A stretch of DNA of 64,000 bases from Gemmatimonadales bacterium (GCA_039794085.1 JBDIWC010000019.1:1-64000), one strand, 5' to 3'. Counted from the first letter of the stretch, positions 38,048-48,976 are shown. Made by a program: numbers and translations. Notes: a model not told the origin generated them from the sequence alone.

Positions 38048-40153
38048 ATGCTCAACAGAATCCTCCGCCCCCGATCCATTGCCGTCATCGGCGCCTCCCG
38101 CCGCCCCGGGACCATCGGCCACGAAACCGTCGCCAGTCTGATCCGCTGCGGCTTCGCCGGCGCCCTCTACCCGGTGAACCCCGACGCCGGCTCGATCTGC
38201 TCGGTCCCCGCCTTCCCGTCTGTCCGGGACCTCCCCGGCCCGGTCGATCTCGCGGTCGTCATCGTCCCCAAACAACATGTCCAGCCCGTCGTCGAACAGT
38301 GCGCGGCACTCGGCGTCGGCGGGCTCGTGATCATCTCGGCGGGGTTCCGCGAGGTCGGCGACGACGGGATCGAACGGGAACGGGTGCTGACCGAGTTCGT
38401 CCGGAGCCGCGGGATCCGTATGATAGGCCCCAACTGCATGGGCGTCTTGAATGTGGACCCCACCGTCTCCATGAACGCGACCTTTGCCCCGTCGATGCCA
38501 CCGTTCGGACGCGCCGCCTTCATGAGCCAGTCGGGCGCCATGGGCCTGAGTGTCCTCGACTACGCCCGCGAATACGGCATCGGCATCTCCCAGTTCGTGT
38601 CGATGGGGAACAAGGCCGACGTGAGCGGCAACGACCTCCTCCTCGCCTGGGAAAATGATCCCGGAGTCGACACCATCCTCATGTACGTGGAGAACTTCGG
38701 GAACCCCCGCAAATTCCTGGAAATCGCCTCCCGCGTCTCCCGCACCAAGCCGATCATCGTGGTGAAGTCGGGCCGCTCCCGCTCCGGGGCACGCGCCGCG
38801 TCGAGCCACACCGGGGCCCTCGCCGCGAGTGACACGGCGGTCGATGCGCTGCTCAACCAGGCCGGCGTCCTGCGAGCCGGAACGGTGGAGGAACTGTTCG
38901 ACCTGGCGATGGTCTTTGCCGGAACCCGCCGCCCCCGGGGGCGCCGGGTGGCGGTGGTGACCAATGCCGGAGGCCCCGGCATCCTCGCCGCCGATGCGCT
39001 CGAGACCCACGGCCTCGACATGGTGGAGCTGTCGCCGGAGACGGTGGAGGCGATCCGGCCCCTCTTTCCCGCCGAGGCCTCGGTAAGGAATCCGCTCGAC
39101 ATGATCGCCTCGGCGACACCGGCGGGGTACCGCGTGGCGATGCACGCCCTCCTGAACGACCCCGGGGTCGACGCCGTGGTCCCGATCTACATCCCGCCGC
39201 TCCGCGCCCAGCAGAAGGAGACGACCCGGGTGATCGCCGAGGTGGCCCTGGCCCACCCCGACAAACCGGTGCTGCCGGTGCTGATGGGATTGGAGGGTCT
39301 CCCGGCGGGCCGCGCCGAGCTGCACGAGGCGGGGCTTCCGGCGTTCATCTTTCCCGAATCGGCGGCCCGGGGCCTCGCGGCGCTCTGCCGCTGGCGGGAG
39401 TGGAGGGACCGGCCCCGGACCGAGGAGCCGCCGCTCGTGGTGGACCGGGAGCGCGCCCGCACCATTCTCGACCGGCACCACAGCGAGAACCCCGGCGTCA
39501 CCAAGCTCCCGGAGGACGCGGTGTTCGACCTGCTCGATGCCTACGGTGTCGCGACCATCAGGCGGGGCATCGCGCGTTCGGCTGACGAGGCGGCGGCGAT
39601 CGCCGAGGAGCTGGGTGGGCCGGTGGCGCTCAAGATCCTCTCCCCCGACATCGTCCACAAGACAGACGTGGGCGGCGTCCGGCTCGGCCTCCTCGGTCCC
39701 CAGGTGCGGGAAGGATTCGAGACGATGTACGCCGCCGTCACCCGGGCCCTGCCCGAGGCTCGGCTGGACGGCGTGATGGTGCAGCAGATGGCGGCCAAGG
39801 GGGGGGGGCGCGAGATGATCGTGGGGGTGACGCGGGAGGGATCCTTCGGCCCGCTCGTCATGTTCGGCCTGGGCGGCACCCTGGTGGAGGCGCTGGGAGA
39901 CGTGGTGTTTCGTCTCGCGCCGGTGGATGGGGTGGAGGCGAGGAGCATGGTGCACGGGATCCGCTCGATCCGCCTCCTCACCGGCATCCGCGGCGATCCG
40001 CCGGTCGATTTCGAGGCGCTGGAGGACGCGGTGCGCCGGATCGGGCAGTTGGCGTGGGACTTCCCGGAGATCGCGGAACTCGACGTGAACCCGCTGCTGG
40101 CGTATACCGACGGGGTGTTGGCCGTGGACGGACGGGTGATGGTGAACCCGTAG
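38048..40153 (+). CDS. Acetate--CoA ligase (ADP-forming) family, fused alpha/beta
   Basis: 'IAVIGAS', 'GPNCMG', 'SQSGA', 'SHTGALA', 'NPLDM', ATP-grasp 'HKTDVGGV', 'ELDVNPL'. Confidence 0.93.
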   Translation: MLNRILRPRSIAVIGASRRPGTIGHETVASLIRCGFAGALYPVNPDAGSICSVPAFPSVRDLPGPVDLAVVIVPKQHVQPVVEQCAALGVGGLVIISAGFREVGDDGIERERVLTEFVRSRGIRMIGPNCMGVLNVDPTVSMNATFAPSMPPFGRAAFMSQSGAMGLSVLDYAREYGIGISQFVSMGNKADVSGNDLLLAWENDPGVDTILMYVENFGNPRKFLEIASRVSRTKPIIVVKSGRSRSGARAASSHTGALAASDTAVDALLNQAGVLRAGTVEELFDLAMVFAGTRRPRGRRVAVVTNAGGPGILAADALETHGLDMVELSPETVEAIRPLFPAEASVRNPLDMIASATPAGYRVAMHALLNDPGVDAVVPIYIPPLRAQQKETTRVIAEVALAHPDKPVLPVLMGLEGLPAGRAELHEAGLPAFIFPESAARGLAALCRWREWRDRPRTEEPPLVVDRERARTILDRHHSENPGVTKLPEDAVFDLLDAYGVATIRRGIARSADEAAAIAEELGGPVALKILSPDIVHKTDVGGVRLGLLGPQVREGFETMYAAVTRALPEARLDGVMVQQMAAKGGGREMIVGVTREGSFGPLVMFGLGGTLVEALGDVVFRLAPVDGVEARSMVHGIRSIRLLTGIRGDPPVDFEALEDAVRRIGQLAWDFPEIAELDVNPLLAYTDGVLAVDGRVMVNP

Positions 40154-41033
40154 GGGCGACCCGTGGGCCGCCCTTCGTCGGGACCCAGTCCGTCATCGGG
40201 GTCATCCCGAGCGAAGCGAGGGATCTGAGAACGGCGCGGGTGTACTTCCCGTCGGGAGGACGGTTGAAGGGTGAGAAAAAAGCGCTCACGCGAAGACGCG
40301 GAGGCGCGGAGGGTGGGGCCCAACCGCCATCGGAGCGTCATCCCGAGTGAAACGAGGGATCTGAGAACGGTGAGGGTGTACTTCCCGTCGTCCGGTTCTC
40401 GGGGCTACCCCTCACAGGAAGTTCGAGATTTGAAGGGCTCACGCGGAGACGCGGACTGGAAGTGTGAAGTTCGAAGTGTGAAGTTTGAGGGAATGATGCT
40501 CCGACGTACACTTGGATCCCGACTTCCTCCTTCACACTTCCAACTTCGAACTTCCCGCCTGCGGATGCCTGGCGGCAGCGACTCGGAACGCGTCGCGGGA
40601 GCCGTCCAATTTGCGTCCTTGCGCCCTTGCGTTGAGGTTGTTCCTGGTGTGTGTCATGGGCAGGCAATCAGCACGTGCCTTCGTGCCTTCGTGTCTTCGT
40701 GTGAGTCCCTGCATACTCGGCCATGGCCCCGGCGTGCGCCGGGGTGACGTTCCAAGGTACGCTCGGGATCCCGATTGCCTCCGTCATGCTTCGCGTCTTC
40801 GCGTCTTCGCGTCTTCGCGTGAGTCCTCTCAGGGGTGACGTCGGATGTCAGGCTCCGATTCCTTCGTGTCTTCGTGTCTTCGTGCCTTCGTGTGAGTCCC
40901 TGCATGCTCGACCATGGACCCCGGCGTGCGCCGGGGTGACGCTCTGCTGTACGCTCGTGACCCCGAGCCCCTCCGCTCCTCCACGTGAGCGATTACACTT
41001 CATTTCGAACTTCAAACTTCGAACTTCAAACTT
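40150..41033. repeat. Mosaic repeat cluster
   Basis: GTAG REP (40150), gtcatcccgagcgaagcgagggatct (40201, 40338), inverted GAAGTT tracts, CCCCGGCG hairpins (40723, 40913), cttcgcgt/cttcgtgt octamers. Confidence 0.85.
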
Positions 41034-41046
41034 CCCCGAGGCACCC

Positions 41047-42210
41047 ATGAGCACCAACCGCAGGGACTTCCTCCGTCTCGCCGCCGCCGCGGGTGGCACT
41101 CTCGGCCTCGGCCTCCGTCCGTCCGCCGCCGTGGCCGCCCCGGGACCGCGCCCTCTCTCTGCCACAGCAGGATCGGCGCCGCGCAGGATCCGGTTGCTCA
41201 TCCTGGGGGGCACCGGCTTCATCGGTCCCCATCAGGTGCGCTACGCCGTGGAACGGGGCCACGAGGTCACCATCTTCAACCGGGGGAGCCATCCCGGAAT
41301 GTTCCCCGGTGTCGAGGAGCTCACCGGAGACCGTGACGCAAACCAACTCTCGGCCCTCCGCGGCCGGACCTGGGACGCCGTCATCGACAACTCGGCGTCC
41401 GGCGGCCGGGCGCCCGAATGGGTCCGCGACGCCGCGACCCTGCTCCGCGATTCCGTGAGCCAGTATCTCTTCATCTCCACCAGGTCCGTTTTCAGTGACC
41501 TGAGCATGGTGCCCGCCACGGTGGACGCACCGGTCATCACGCCGGAATCGGCCAACTGGCAACCGGGACAGACCCGGAGCTATGGACTCGCCAAGGCCGA
41601 GGCGGAAAAGCAGGCCCGGCTGATCTTCGGGAACCGGGCGACGATCGTGAGGCCGGGACTCATCGTCGGCCCCGGAGATGACACCGATCGCTTCACCTAC
41701 TGGCCGGTGCGCATCGAGCGGGGCGGGGAGATACTGGCCCCCGGCGATCCGGAGAACGACCGGATCCAGATCATCGACGTGCGCGATCTCTGTGAATGGG
41801 TGGTGCGGCTCTGCGAGGCCCGGACCTTCGGTACCTTCATGGGGATCGGTCCCCAGAACGGCCGCTCGATGGCCGAGTTTCTGTACGGAATCGCCGCGGT
41901 GACGTCGGCGCCGCTCACCTGGACCTGGGTGCCGCGCGAGTTTCTGGTGGAGCACGGGTTGAGGCCCTATCGGGAGTTGCCGGTGTGGCAGCCATCGGTG
42001 CGTCGCAATGCGGGGTTTGCGCGCTTCGATCTGACCCGCGAAGTGGCGGCGGGGCTCACCTTCCGCACCCTGGCGGAGACCGCGAGCGACACCCTCATAT
42101 TCCACCACTCCCGGCCCGCGGAGCGGCAGCAGAAGCTCGGCAACGCGGTGACGGCGGAGCGGGAGTCGGAGGTGCTGCGCGCGTGGCATGCCAGCCGTGT
42201 GGGCGAATAG
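41047..42210 (+). CDS. Tat-exported NAD-dependent epimerase/dehydratase (isoflavone reductase-like)
   Basis: 'TNRRDFL' Tat motif; 'ILGGTGFIG'; 'YGLAK'; 'RPGLIVGPGD.TDRFTYW'. Confidence 0.9.
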   Translation: MSTNRRDFLRLAAAAGGTLGLGLRPSAAVAAPGPRPLSATAGSAPRRIRLLILGGTGFIGPHQVRYAVERGHEVTIFNRGSHPGMFPGVEELTGDRDANQLSALRGRTWDAVIDNSASGGRAPEWVRDAATLLRDSVSQYLFISTRSVFSDLSMVPATVDAPVITPESANWQPGQTRSYGLAKAEAEKQARLIFGNRATIVRPGLIVGPGDDTDRFTYWPVRIERGGEILAPGDPENDRIQIIDVRDLCEWVVRLCEARTFGTFMGIGPQNGRSMAEFLYGIAAVTSAPLTWTWVPREFLVEHGLRPYRELPVWQPSVRRNAGFARFDLTREVAAGLTFRTLAETASDTLIFHHSRPAERQQKLGNAVTAERESEVLRAWHASRVGE

Positions 42211-42214
42211 GTCT

Positions 42215-42798
42215 GGAAGTTCGAAGAAGAGGGCTCACGCGAAGACGCGAAGGGAACGGAGGGGCACCACGGAGAACACGGAGGTCGCAGAGGGTCTCCG
42301 TGTGATGTCCGACGCACCACGCCTGGCGCGCCGCGATTGGGACTTGTTGTTGGGGGGTGGAAGGGCCCCTCTCCTTCCGGTGCCTTGGGCCGCAACGGGG
42401 AATGTGTCGTGGGACCCGTCCTTTTTTGCGTCCCTGCACCATTGCACCCTTGCGTTGATGTTGTTCCTGGTGTGTGTCATGGGCAGGCAATCAGCACGTT
42501 TCTTCGTGTCTTCGTGTCTTCGTGTGAGTCCCTGCATACTCGGCCATGGACCCCGGCGTTCGCCGGGGTGACGCTCCCGATGGCGTAAGGGGCTCCGATT
42601 CCCTTCGCGTCTTCGCGTCTTCGCGTGAGTCATTTGCATGCTCGGCCATGGACCCCGGCTCCCCGCTTTCGCGGGGACAAGGTTCGCCGGGGTGACGTTC
42701 TGCCACCTGCATGGGGCGCAGGGGTTGCCCACGCGGGCGAAGGTGCTTCGCGTGGGCGAAAGGTATTTCGCCCCTACACACTTCGAACTTCAGACTTC
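42215..42798. repeat. Mosaic repeat cluster
   Basis: Blocks shared with 40560-40940, 43817-44330 and 47870-48185; a hairpin nested inside a hairpin at 42648-42698. Confidence 0.85.
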
Positions 42799-43641
42799 TT
42801 ACGGCGTGCTCTTCCCCCAGAAGTCGGGGTCGGCGGCCACAAAATCCGCCGCGAGGTGGCTCAGGCGCGGATTGAACCGCATGAAGTGCGTGGTCACGTT
42901 GATGTAGCCCTCCGAGGCCAGGCCGGAAAACTTCTTCGCCACCTCCTCGGTCATGGCCTTGGCAACCGCTGCGGAGACGGGAGCTGTCGTGTCCATGTCC
43001 GCCATGCTCTTGAAGGGGACCCAGACCATGAAGGTGGGCCCGGGCATTCCCGCGACGACCTCATACGTGGCCCACGGGGCCTGGGCCTGCACCCCGGCCT
43101 TCTTTACCACATCGAGGTACGAGGTGGCGGCATCGGCAAAGGTGGCTTCCTTGCCGGGGCGCACCCGGAAGGTGATGATCTGGAAGTACCGCATGGTGGG
43201 AATGACGACACCCGTGTGATTGCTCAGCTCGGGGCGATACCGGGCCAGGATCCGCGAGGTTCCTTCGACATGTTCCCCATCAGCGGTCCAGAGCTGGTCG
43301 AGCTCGTCCCCGAGGCCGGGCGCGGTCTCGATGGCCTTGCCTGCCTCCTCCAGCGCGGCAAGCGAGGGATAGCCGCTCACATACCACGCCTCGCCCGGCC
43401 CGGTGTCCTGCACCATCCCCAGCCAGTGAATCGCCACGTTGGCCCGGGCAAAGGCCCGGGGCCACCCCGCCTCGGTGCGGAGGTGGGCCGCGCTGTGCCC
43501 CGGTTTGATGCTCTCGGTCAGGATCTCGAGAATGGTGGGGGGTGGGGGAGCCCCCTGGGCCCTGAGCGCCGGTGACGCCAGTGTGATGCCGGCGATCACG
43601 ACCAGCGCGGAACGACAAGAAACAGTCAGGCAGTTGCGCAT
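42799..43641 (-). CDS. Secreted hypothetical protein (tandem NIPSNAP/ABM-like folds)
   Basis: GGGAGG RBS, signal peptide, 'ESIKPG', 'FRVRPGK'. Confidence 0.7.
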   Translation of the reverse strand: MRNCLTVSCRSALVVIAGITLASPALRAQGAPPPPTILEILTESIKPGHSAAHLRTEAGWPRAFARANVAIHWLGMVQDTGPGEAWYVSGYPSLAALEEAGKAIETAPGLGDELDQLWTADGEHVEGTSRILARYRPELSNHTGVVIPTMRYFQIITFRVRPGKEATFADAATSYLDVVKKAGVQAQAPWATYEVVAGMPGPTFMVWVPFKSMADMDTTAPVSAAVAKAMTEEVAKKFSGLASEGYINVTTHFMRFNPRLSHLAADFVAADPDFWGKSTP

Positions 43642-43759
43642 GATGACTTCCTCCCGGTGTATGGTGTCCCCGGACTCGATCAAGGGGAGGCGAATATACG
43701 GCCACCACCCATGACCGCCAGTTTGGGCCGGACCATGAGAATGTCAACTGTGAGACATT

Positions 43760-44870
43760 GGGGGAAGTTTGAGGTTTTGAAGTTCGAAGTGTGAAGGAAG
43801 TGTGTGAAGTGTGAAGTCTCACGCGAAGACGCGAAGGCGCGAAGGAGTGTCGCGGGAGCCAGCAACCCTCCGTGTCCTCCGCGCCCTCCGTGGTTCAACG
43901 TGGGTTGGGGGAGGGGCACCAGGGAGAACACGGATGTCGCAGAGGGTCTCCGCGTGATTTCCGACGCACCACGCCTGGCGCGCCGCGATCCGGATTCTTG
44001 TTGGGGGGTGGAAGGGCCCCCCTCTTGCTGATGCCTGGCGGCAGCGACTCGGAACGCGTCGCGGGAGCCGTCCAATTTGTGTCCCTGTGCCTTCGCGTTG
44101 AGGCAGTTCCATGAACATCAAGATCCGGACGACGGGAAGTACACCGGCAACCTCCTCAGATCCCTCGTCACTCGGGATGACGCTCCGATGTACGCTCGGT
44201 CTCCCGATTGCCTTCGCGTCTTCGCGTCTTCGCGTGAGTCCTCTTGTTGGTAACGTTCCAAGGACATCCGGAATCCAGAGGGGTTCCCGCGAGGGTGAAA
44301 GTATTTCGCCCCTACTTCACACTTCCCCTTCGTGTCTTCGTGTCTTCGTGTGAGGCAGTTCCGCCTACATCACGGCCCGAACGACTGGAAGTACACCGGG
44401 TGCCTCCTCAGATCCCTCGTTTCACTCGGGATGACGCTCCGATGTGCGCTCGGTATCCCGATGTTGTTCACGTCTTCGCGTCTTCGCGTGAATCCTCTCC
44501 GGGGTGACGTCCGATCTCTGGGCTCCACCTTTCTTCGTGTCTTCGTGTCTTCGTGTGAGGCAGTTCCACGAACATCACGGCCCGGACGACGGGTTGTAGG
44601 GGCCCTTCGCGAACGGCCCGTTCTCCGCCGACCTCCTCAGATCCCTCGTTTCACTCGGGATGACGCCCCGAGGTACGCTCGGGATCCCGACCTCCTTCGT
44701 GTCTTCGTGTCTTCGTGTGAGTCCTTGCATGCTCGACCATGGACCCCGGCGTCCGCCGGGGTGACGTTCTGGTGTACCCACGGGATCCCGAGGGGGCACC
44801 CCCGAGGGCGAAAGCATTTCGCCCCTATTTCACACTTCACACTTCGAACTTCCAGCGGAGTGACGCCCCG
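43760..44870. repeat. 1.1-kb mosaic repeat cluster
   Basis: Three agatccctcgt..ctcgggatgac hairpins (44158, 44410, 44639), octamer tracts, CCCCGGCG hairpin at 44739, heptamer tracts at both ends in inverted orientation. Confidence 0.85.
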
Positions 44871-44871
44871 G

Positions 44872-45804
44872 TCAGGCCAGCGCCCCCAGACGCAGGCGGA
44901 GGGCGGGGAGCGACGGGAGCACCTCGGCTCCGGCGGCGAGAAGTTGCGGGGCACAGGAATCTGCCGCAGCACCCCCCACGAGGAGTGACACGGTCTCGGG
45001 GAGGAGGTGCCGCAGCCGGGAGAGTTCCGGGACGAGCTGAGGGTCATCATCCGGATAGACGATGCTGAGAACAACGGCCCGGGCCCCGACGGTCAGGGCC
45101 GCCCGCGCGATGTCCGCTGCGGGGAGATCCGCGCCGAGATAGAGGAGACGCCACCCCTCGCTCGCCGCCACGGCGGCGGAGAGCATGGCGCCGATCTCGT
45201 GCCGCTGTCCCTGTGGGGTGGCCACCACGGCCAGGGGTGCTCCGTTGCGGGACACAGCGGCCTCATGGACCCACCCCAACACGCTGCGAATCGCGGCGGT
45301 GGCCGCGTGCTCATGGGCCGTGCTCAGTGTCCCGGCATGCCACCGTTCCCCGACCCGGGCCAGCAGCGGAGCGATGAGATCCTCGATCAGGCTGCTCAAA
45401 TGCACCCGCATCGCCGCCCGGCGCAGGGTGGCCTCCAGGTCACCCATCGCGAAGCGCTCCACGGCCTCCCACGCGTGCCGCAGGTCGCTGCGGAGCCGCT
45501 CCGACTCGGCATCCGACGCCTGCCCCGCCGGGGGGAGCGCCTCCTGCTGGATGAGTGCCCGCAACTCCTCCACGGGAAGCGAGGCGACCTGACTGATGTT
45601 GTGGCCCCCCGCCGTGACCCGCTTCAGGAGTTCGAGACGCTCGATGTCGGCGTCGGAGTAGAGGCGCTGGCCGCCGCCAGATCGGTCTGGCTGAATCGCG
45701 TCATATCTCCGCTCCCAGGCCCGGAGGACATCGGGGCTGAGACCGGTGCGCTGGATCACCACCCTCATGGGGTGACGGGCGGCACTTGCCGATGAACGGT
45801 CCAT
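44872..45804 (-). CDS. MerR-family B12-binding photoreceptor regulator (CarH/LitR-like)
   Basis: 'LRAWERRY..GGQRLYS' HTH; W-x9-EH (WHAGTLSTAHEH); 'RHEIG'; 'YLGADLP'. Confidence 0.92.
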   Translation of the reverse strand: MDRSSASAARHPMRVVIQRTGLSPDVLRAWERRYDAIQPDRSGGGQRLYSDADIERLELLKRVTAGGHNISQVASLPVEELRALIQQEALPPAGQASDAESERLRSDLRHAWEAVERFAMGDLEATLRRAAMRVHLSSLIEDLIAPLLARVGERWHAGTLSTAHEHAATAAIRSVLGWVHEAAVSRNGAPLAVVATPQGQRHEIGAMLSAAVAASEGWRLLYLGADLPAADIARAALTVGARAVVLSIVYPDDDPQLVPELSRLRHLLPETVSLLVGGAAADSCAPQLLAAGAEVLPSLPALRLRLGALA

Positions 45805-45811
45805 TCCCACC

Positions 45812-45907
45812 AAGCTACAGTCTGTCCATGTAATGTCAAGGTACTCGTGCGCTATCTATTGACAAAACATGGACGTATGCTTATAATAGTTGGACGGTAT
45901 ATGGACG
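45812..45907. promoter_or_regulatory. Divergent promoters with ~11-bp-periodic CarH-type operator repeats
   Basis: Plus strand TTGACA(45859)-17 nt-TATAAT(45882); TTGACA/TGGACG/TTATAA/TGGACG/TGGACG at 45859, 45870, 45881, 45891, 45902; minus strand TTGACA and TGGACA 11 bp apart. Confidence 0.75.
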
Positions 45908-45977
45908 CAATGCAGTCGGCTGTTCCCTCTCCCAATATACGGGAGATCAACCCCCACTCCGCACAGGAGATCTGAAA

Positions 45978-46472
45978 ATGTACAAGTTGTTTGGAATCAT
46001 GGCTTTGTCCGCGGCGCTCACGCTCCCGTCCAGCGTAGCTGCCCAGTCTCACACCGCGCACAACGACGCCAAGGACATCGTGGAAACGGCTGTTGCTGCG
46101 GGGAGCTTCAAGACCCTCGCCGCCGCACTCCAGGCCGCCGGGCTGGTCGAGACGCTCAAGGGGAAGGGTCCGTTCACGGTCTTTGCTCCGACCGACGAGG
46201 CCTTTGCCAAGCTTCCGGCCGGAACGGTGGAGGCCCTGCTGAAGGACAAGGCGAAGCTCACCGCCATCCTGACCTACCACGTGGTGTCGGGAGCAGTTCC
46301 GGCGTCCGCAGTGGTGAATCTGACCAGCGCGAAGACGGTGAATGGGAAGGACGTTTCCATTTCGGTCGTGAACGGCAAGGTCAGGGTCGGCTCCGCCACG
46401 GTGGTGTCGGCTGATGTGATGGCGTCGAACGGAGTCATCCATGTGATCGACACGGTGCTGCTGCCCAACTGA
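45978..46472 (+). CDS. Fasciclin-domain secreted protein
   Basis: 'DIVETAV', '[12 protein letters not shown]', 'ILTYHVV', '[14 protein letters not shown]'; AGGAG RBS. Confidence 0.95.
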   Translation: MYKLFGIMALSAALTLPSSVAAQSHTAHNDAKDIVETAVAAGSFKTLAAALQAAGLVETLKGKGPFTVFAPTDEAFAKLPAGTVEALLKDKAKLTAILTYHVVSGAVPASAVVNLTSAKTVNGKDVSISVVNGKVRVGSATVVSADVMASNGVIHVIDTVLLPN

Positions 46473-46833
46473 CCTGGCGTTGCGGTGAGAGATGGGTGGG
46501 ACAGGGGTCGGCCCCGGGGGAGGGGGTCGGCCCTTGTGACATCGGTGCGTGGCGGGTGTGCAACACCACATAATGTCCTGTGTCATCCATACGACAAAAC
46601 CCGGTCCGGGCCGGTCGAGTGTCTGGACCAAGTACTTGTCTTGAAGAAGCTTACTCACTCCGCCGATGAACTTCCCCCGTGGTCCGTCGCTTGCGACACC
46701 GAGCCTTGTACCCGCTCCAGGGCTCCCCGGTCGTGAGGCCGGCTCGCAAAACTTCGAGTCTCTGCCAGGAACAGAAGAGACGGTCGAGTTGCCGGGTGTC
46801 GGACACGGAACCCACCTTGCTCAGGAGCACGCC

Positions 46834-47670
46834 ATGCGCTGGACCACTCTTTCCTCATTGGCACTCGCCACAGGCCTTGCCGCCTGCCAGTCTGCCGACC
46901 TGGTCGAGAACACCCCGACCAACCCGGTGCCCTCCTTCACCGTCGTCAACCTCAAGGGAGATGGCGTCGCCGCCTTCGAAGAGTTCGAGGTCTGCAAGGT
47001 TGGATCGGCGGCGAGCTTCAGCTTCACGGTCACCGACAACTTCAACAACCAGGTGACGAACGGATCGATCAACCTCACCGACGGCGAGTGTCGTGTCATC
47101 GCCCAGTTCGGCGGGAAGGGAGCCGACGTCTCGGTCACCGAAGTCGTTCCTGCTGGATTTGCCCTGAACCGGGTGGACATCGATGTGATCACCGGGACCG
47201 AGGACGCTCCCGTGGTCACCTCGAGCACTCAGGCGGGCCCCACCCTTGTGGACCGCGTTTCGGGAAGTACGGGTGGCGGACTTCGGGGGGTGACGGCCAC
47301 CTTCGTCAACGAGCCGTTGCCGCCTCCTCCGGGTGGCGAGGGATGCACTCCGGGGTACTGGAAGCAGAGCCAGCACTTTGACTCCTGGCCCGCCGGGATC
47401 AATCCCACCGACCTGTTCTCGGCTCACTTTGAGAACGCCTTCCCGGGCATGACCCTCCTCGCCGTGCTCAAGCAGGGTGGGGGCGGCCTGAAGGCGCTCG
47501 GTCGGCACACGGTGGCGGCGCTGCTCAATGCTGCCTCCTCCGGGGTCAGCTACGGCCAGACCGCAGCCGAGGTGGTCAATGCCTTCAATACCGTATTCCC
47601 GGGTGGCGACTACGAGACGCAGAAGGACATCTTCGCCAACCTGAATGAACAGGGTTGCCCGTTGAACTGA
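46834..47670 (+). CDS. Hypothetical lipoprotein with a GCTPGYWK C-terminal domain
   Basis: AGGAG RBS, lipobox 'LAAC', 'EGCTPGYWKQ', 'RHTVAALLNA', 'NEQGCPLN'. Confidence 0.8.
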   Translation: MRWTTLSSLALATGLAACQSADLVENTPTNPVPSFTVVNLKGDGVAAFEEFEVCKVGSAASFSFTVTDNFNNQVTNGSINLTDGECRVIAQFGGKGADVSVTEVVPAGFALNRVDIDVITGTEDAPVVTSSTQAGPTLVDRVSGSTGGGLRGVTATFVNEPLPPPPGGEGCTPGYWKQSQHFDSWPAGINPTDLFSAHFENAFPGMTLLAVLKQGGGGLKALGRHTVAALLNAASSGVSYGQTAAEVVNAFNTVFPGGDYETQKDIFANLNEQGCPLN

Positions 47671-47694
47671 CCGCCATGCGCGGTAGAGTGAGTA

Positions 47695-47734
47695 CCACAC
47701 GGCCGAGGGGGCAACCTCCCGGCCGTGTGGCTTT
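47695..47734 (+). terminator. Intrinsic terminator-like hairpin
   Basis: ccacacggccg...cggccgtgtgg followed by cttt, 25 nt after the stop. Confidence 0.55.
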
Positions 47735-48185
47735 GCAGGTGGTAGAGGCAATGGGCAATAGGGGGTAATAGGGGGTAGGCGACAGGCGGTCGGGTGGTAG
47801 GGACAGCGTCCCACTTCACACGTCCCAGCCTCCGCCGGGATGACGTTCTGGTGTACGCTCGCCACCCCGATTCCTCCGCGTCCACCGGGGTTCAACGCGG
47901 GTTGGGGGAAGGGCACCACAGAGAGCCTTGCGCGCCGGGATCGGCATTTGTTGTTGGGGGGGGTGGAAGGGCCCCCCTCCTGCCGATGCCCCGGGCCCGC
48001 GGCATGGAAGGCGTCATGGGTGACGTCGGATCTCTGGGCTCCGATTCCTTCGTGTCTTCGTGTGAGTAGTTGCATGCTCGACCATGGACCCCGGCGTTCG
48101 CCGGGGTGACGTTCTGGTGTACCCTCGGGATCCCGAGGGGGCACCCACGAGGGCGAAGGTATTTTTCCCCTACTTCAAACTTCCC

Positions 48186-48677
48186 TCAGCCCGAGGCGGA
48201 CGCCAGAACGATCACCGTCACCACCACCCCAAGCCCCACCTTGGTCCCCGTGGCCACCACCCGCCCGATGAGCGCTCCCCACGCCACTCGACCCGCCAAC
48301 GGGTGACTCCGGGTGGCACTGTACTCCGCAACCAAAGCCCCGAGAAACGACCCCGCGAAGGAACCGAGGATTGATCCGATCACCGGAACCGGGATCCCGA
48401 CCACGGCGCCGAGAATCCCCCCAACCAGAGCCCCCCAGCCGGCCCGGCGCGACCCCCCAAAGCGCGCCGTCCACCGTACCGACGCCACCCATTCGATCAC
48501 CTCGCCCAGGATCGCGAGCGCGGTCCCGATCCCGACCATAAGCCAGGTGAGCCCCGGTGTCCACGCCAGCAGCTTGGCCATCACCGCCGCGAAGAGAAAG
48601 AGCCACGTCCCCGGAAAACCGAGTGCGGTGAGGAAGAGCCCCAGGAGGGCGACGAGGAGAAGGAGCAGGATGAACAT
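48186..48677 (-). CDS. DUF456 membrane protein
   Basis: 'GFPGTWL', 'FGGSRRAGWGALVGG', 'GSFLGALVAEY'. Confidence 0.88.
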   Translation of the reverse strand: MFILLLLLVALLGLFLTALGFPGTWLFLFAAVMAKLLAWTPGLTWLMVGIGTALAILGEVIEWVASVRWTARFGGSRRAGWGALVGGILGAVVGIPVPVIGSILGSFAGSFLGALVAEYSATRSHPLAGRVAWGALIGRVVATGTKVGLGVVVTVIVLASASG

Positions 48678-48717
48678 GGGGCAACCCTACGGTGGGAGGA
48701 TCGGCTTCGTTTCGGGG

Positions 48718-48976
48718 CTCATCCGGGTTTCGTGCCGCAGATCCCCCCGATCGACGCGGGAGCAAGGGGCCTCTCCCCGCTTCGTGTGGCTGGCTTCGGA
48801 GTGGGACGAGGTGCTCCGGTCGTCAGGCGGGTGGGGAAATCACCACAAAAGGCACAGAAGGCACAAGAAACACGAGAACCCGCAGAGGAGCCGACACAGC
48901 ATCCGAAATGTGCCTTTTGTGTCGTTTGTGATTTTTGTGGTTGGCTTTCGGGGTGACGGGAGGCGCTCCGGGCCCG
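48718..48976. repeat. Composite dispersed repeat, third member of the 7213/29761 family
   Basis: ctcatccgggtttcgtg start; ccacaaaaggcaca.. / tgtgccttttgtg..tttttgtgg inverted arms. Confidence 0.7.
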
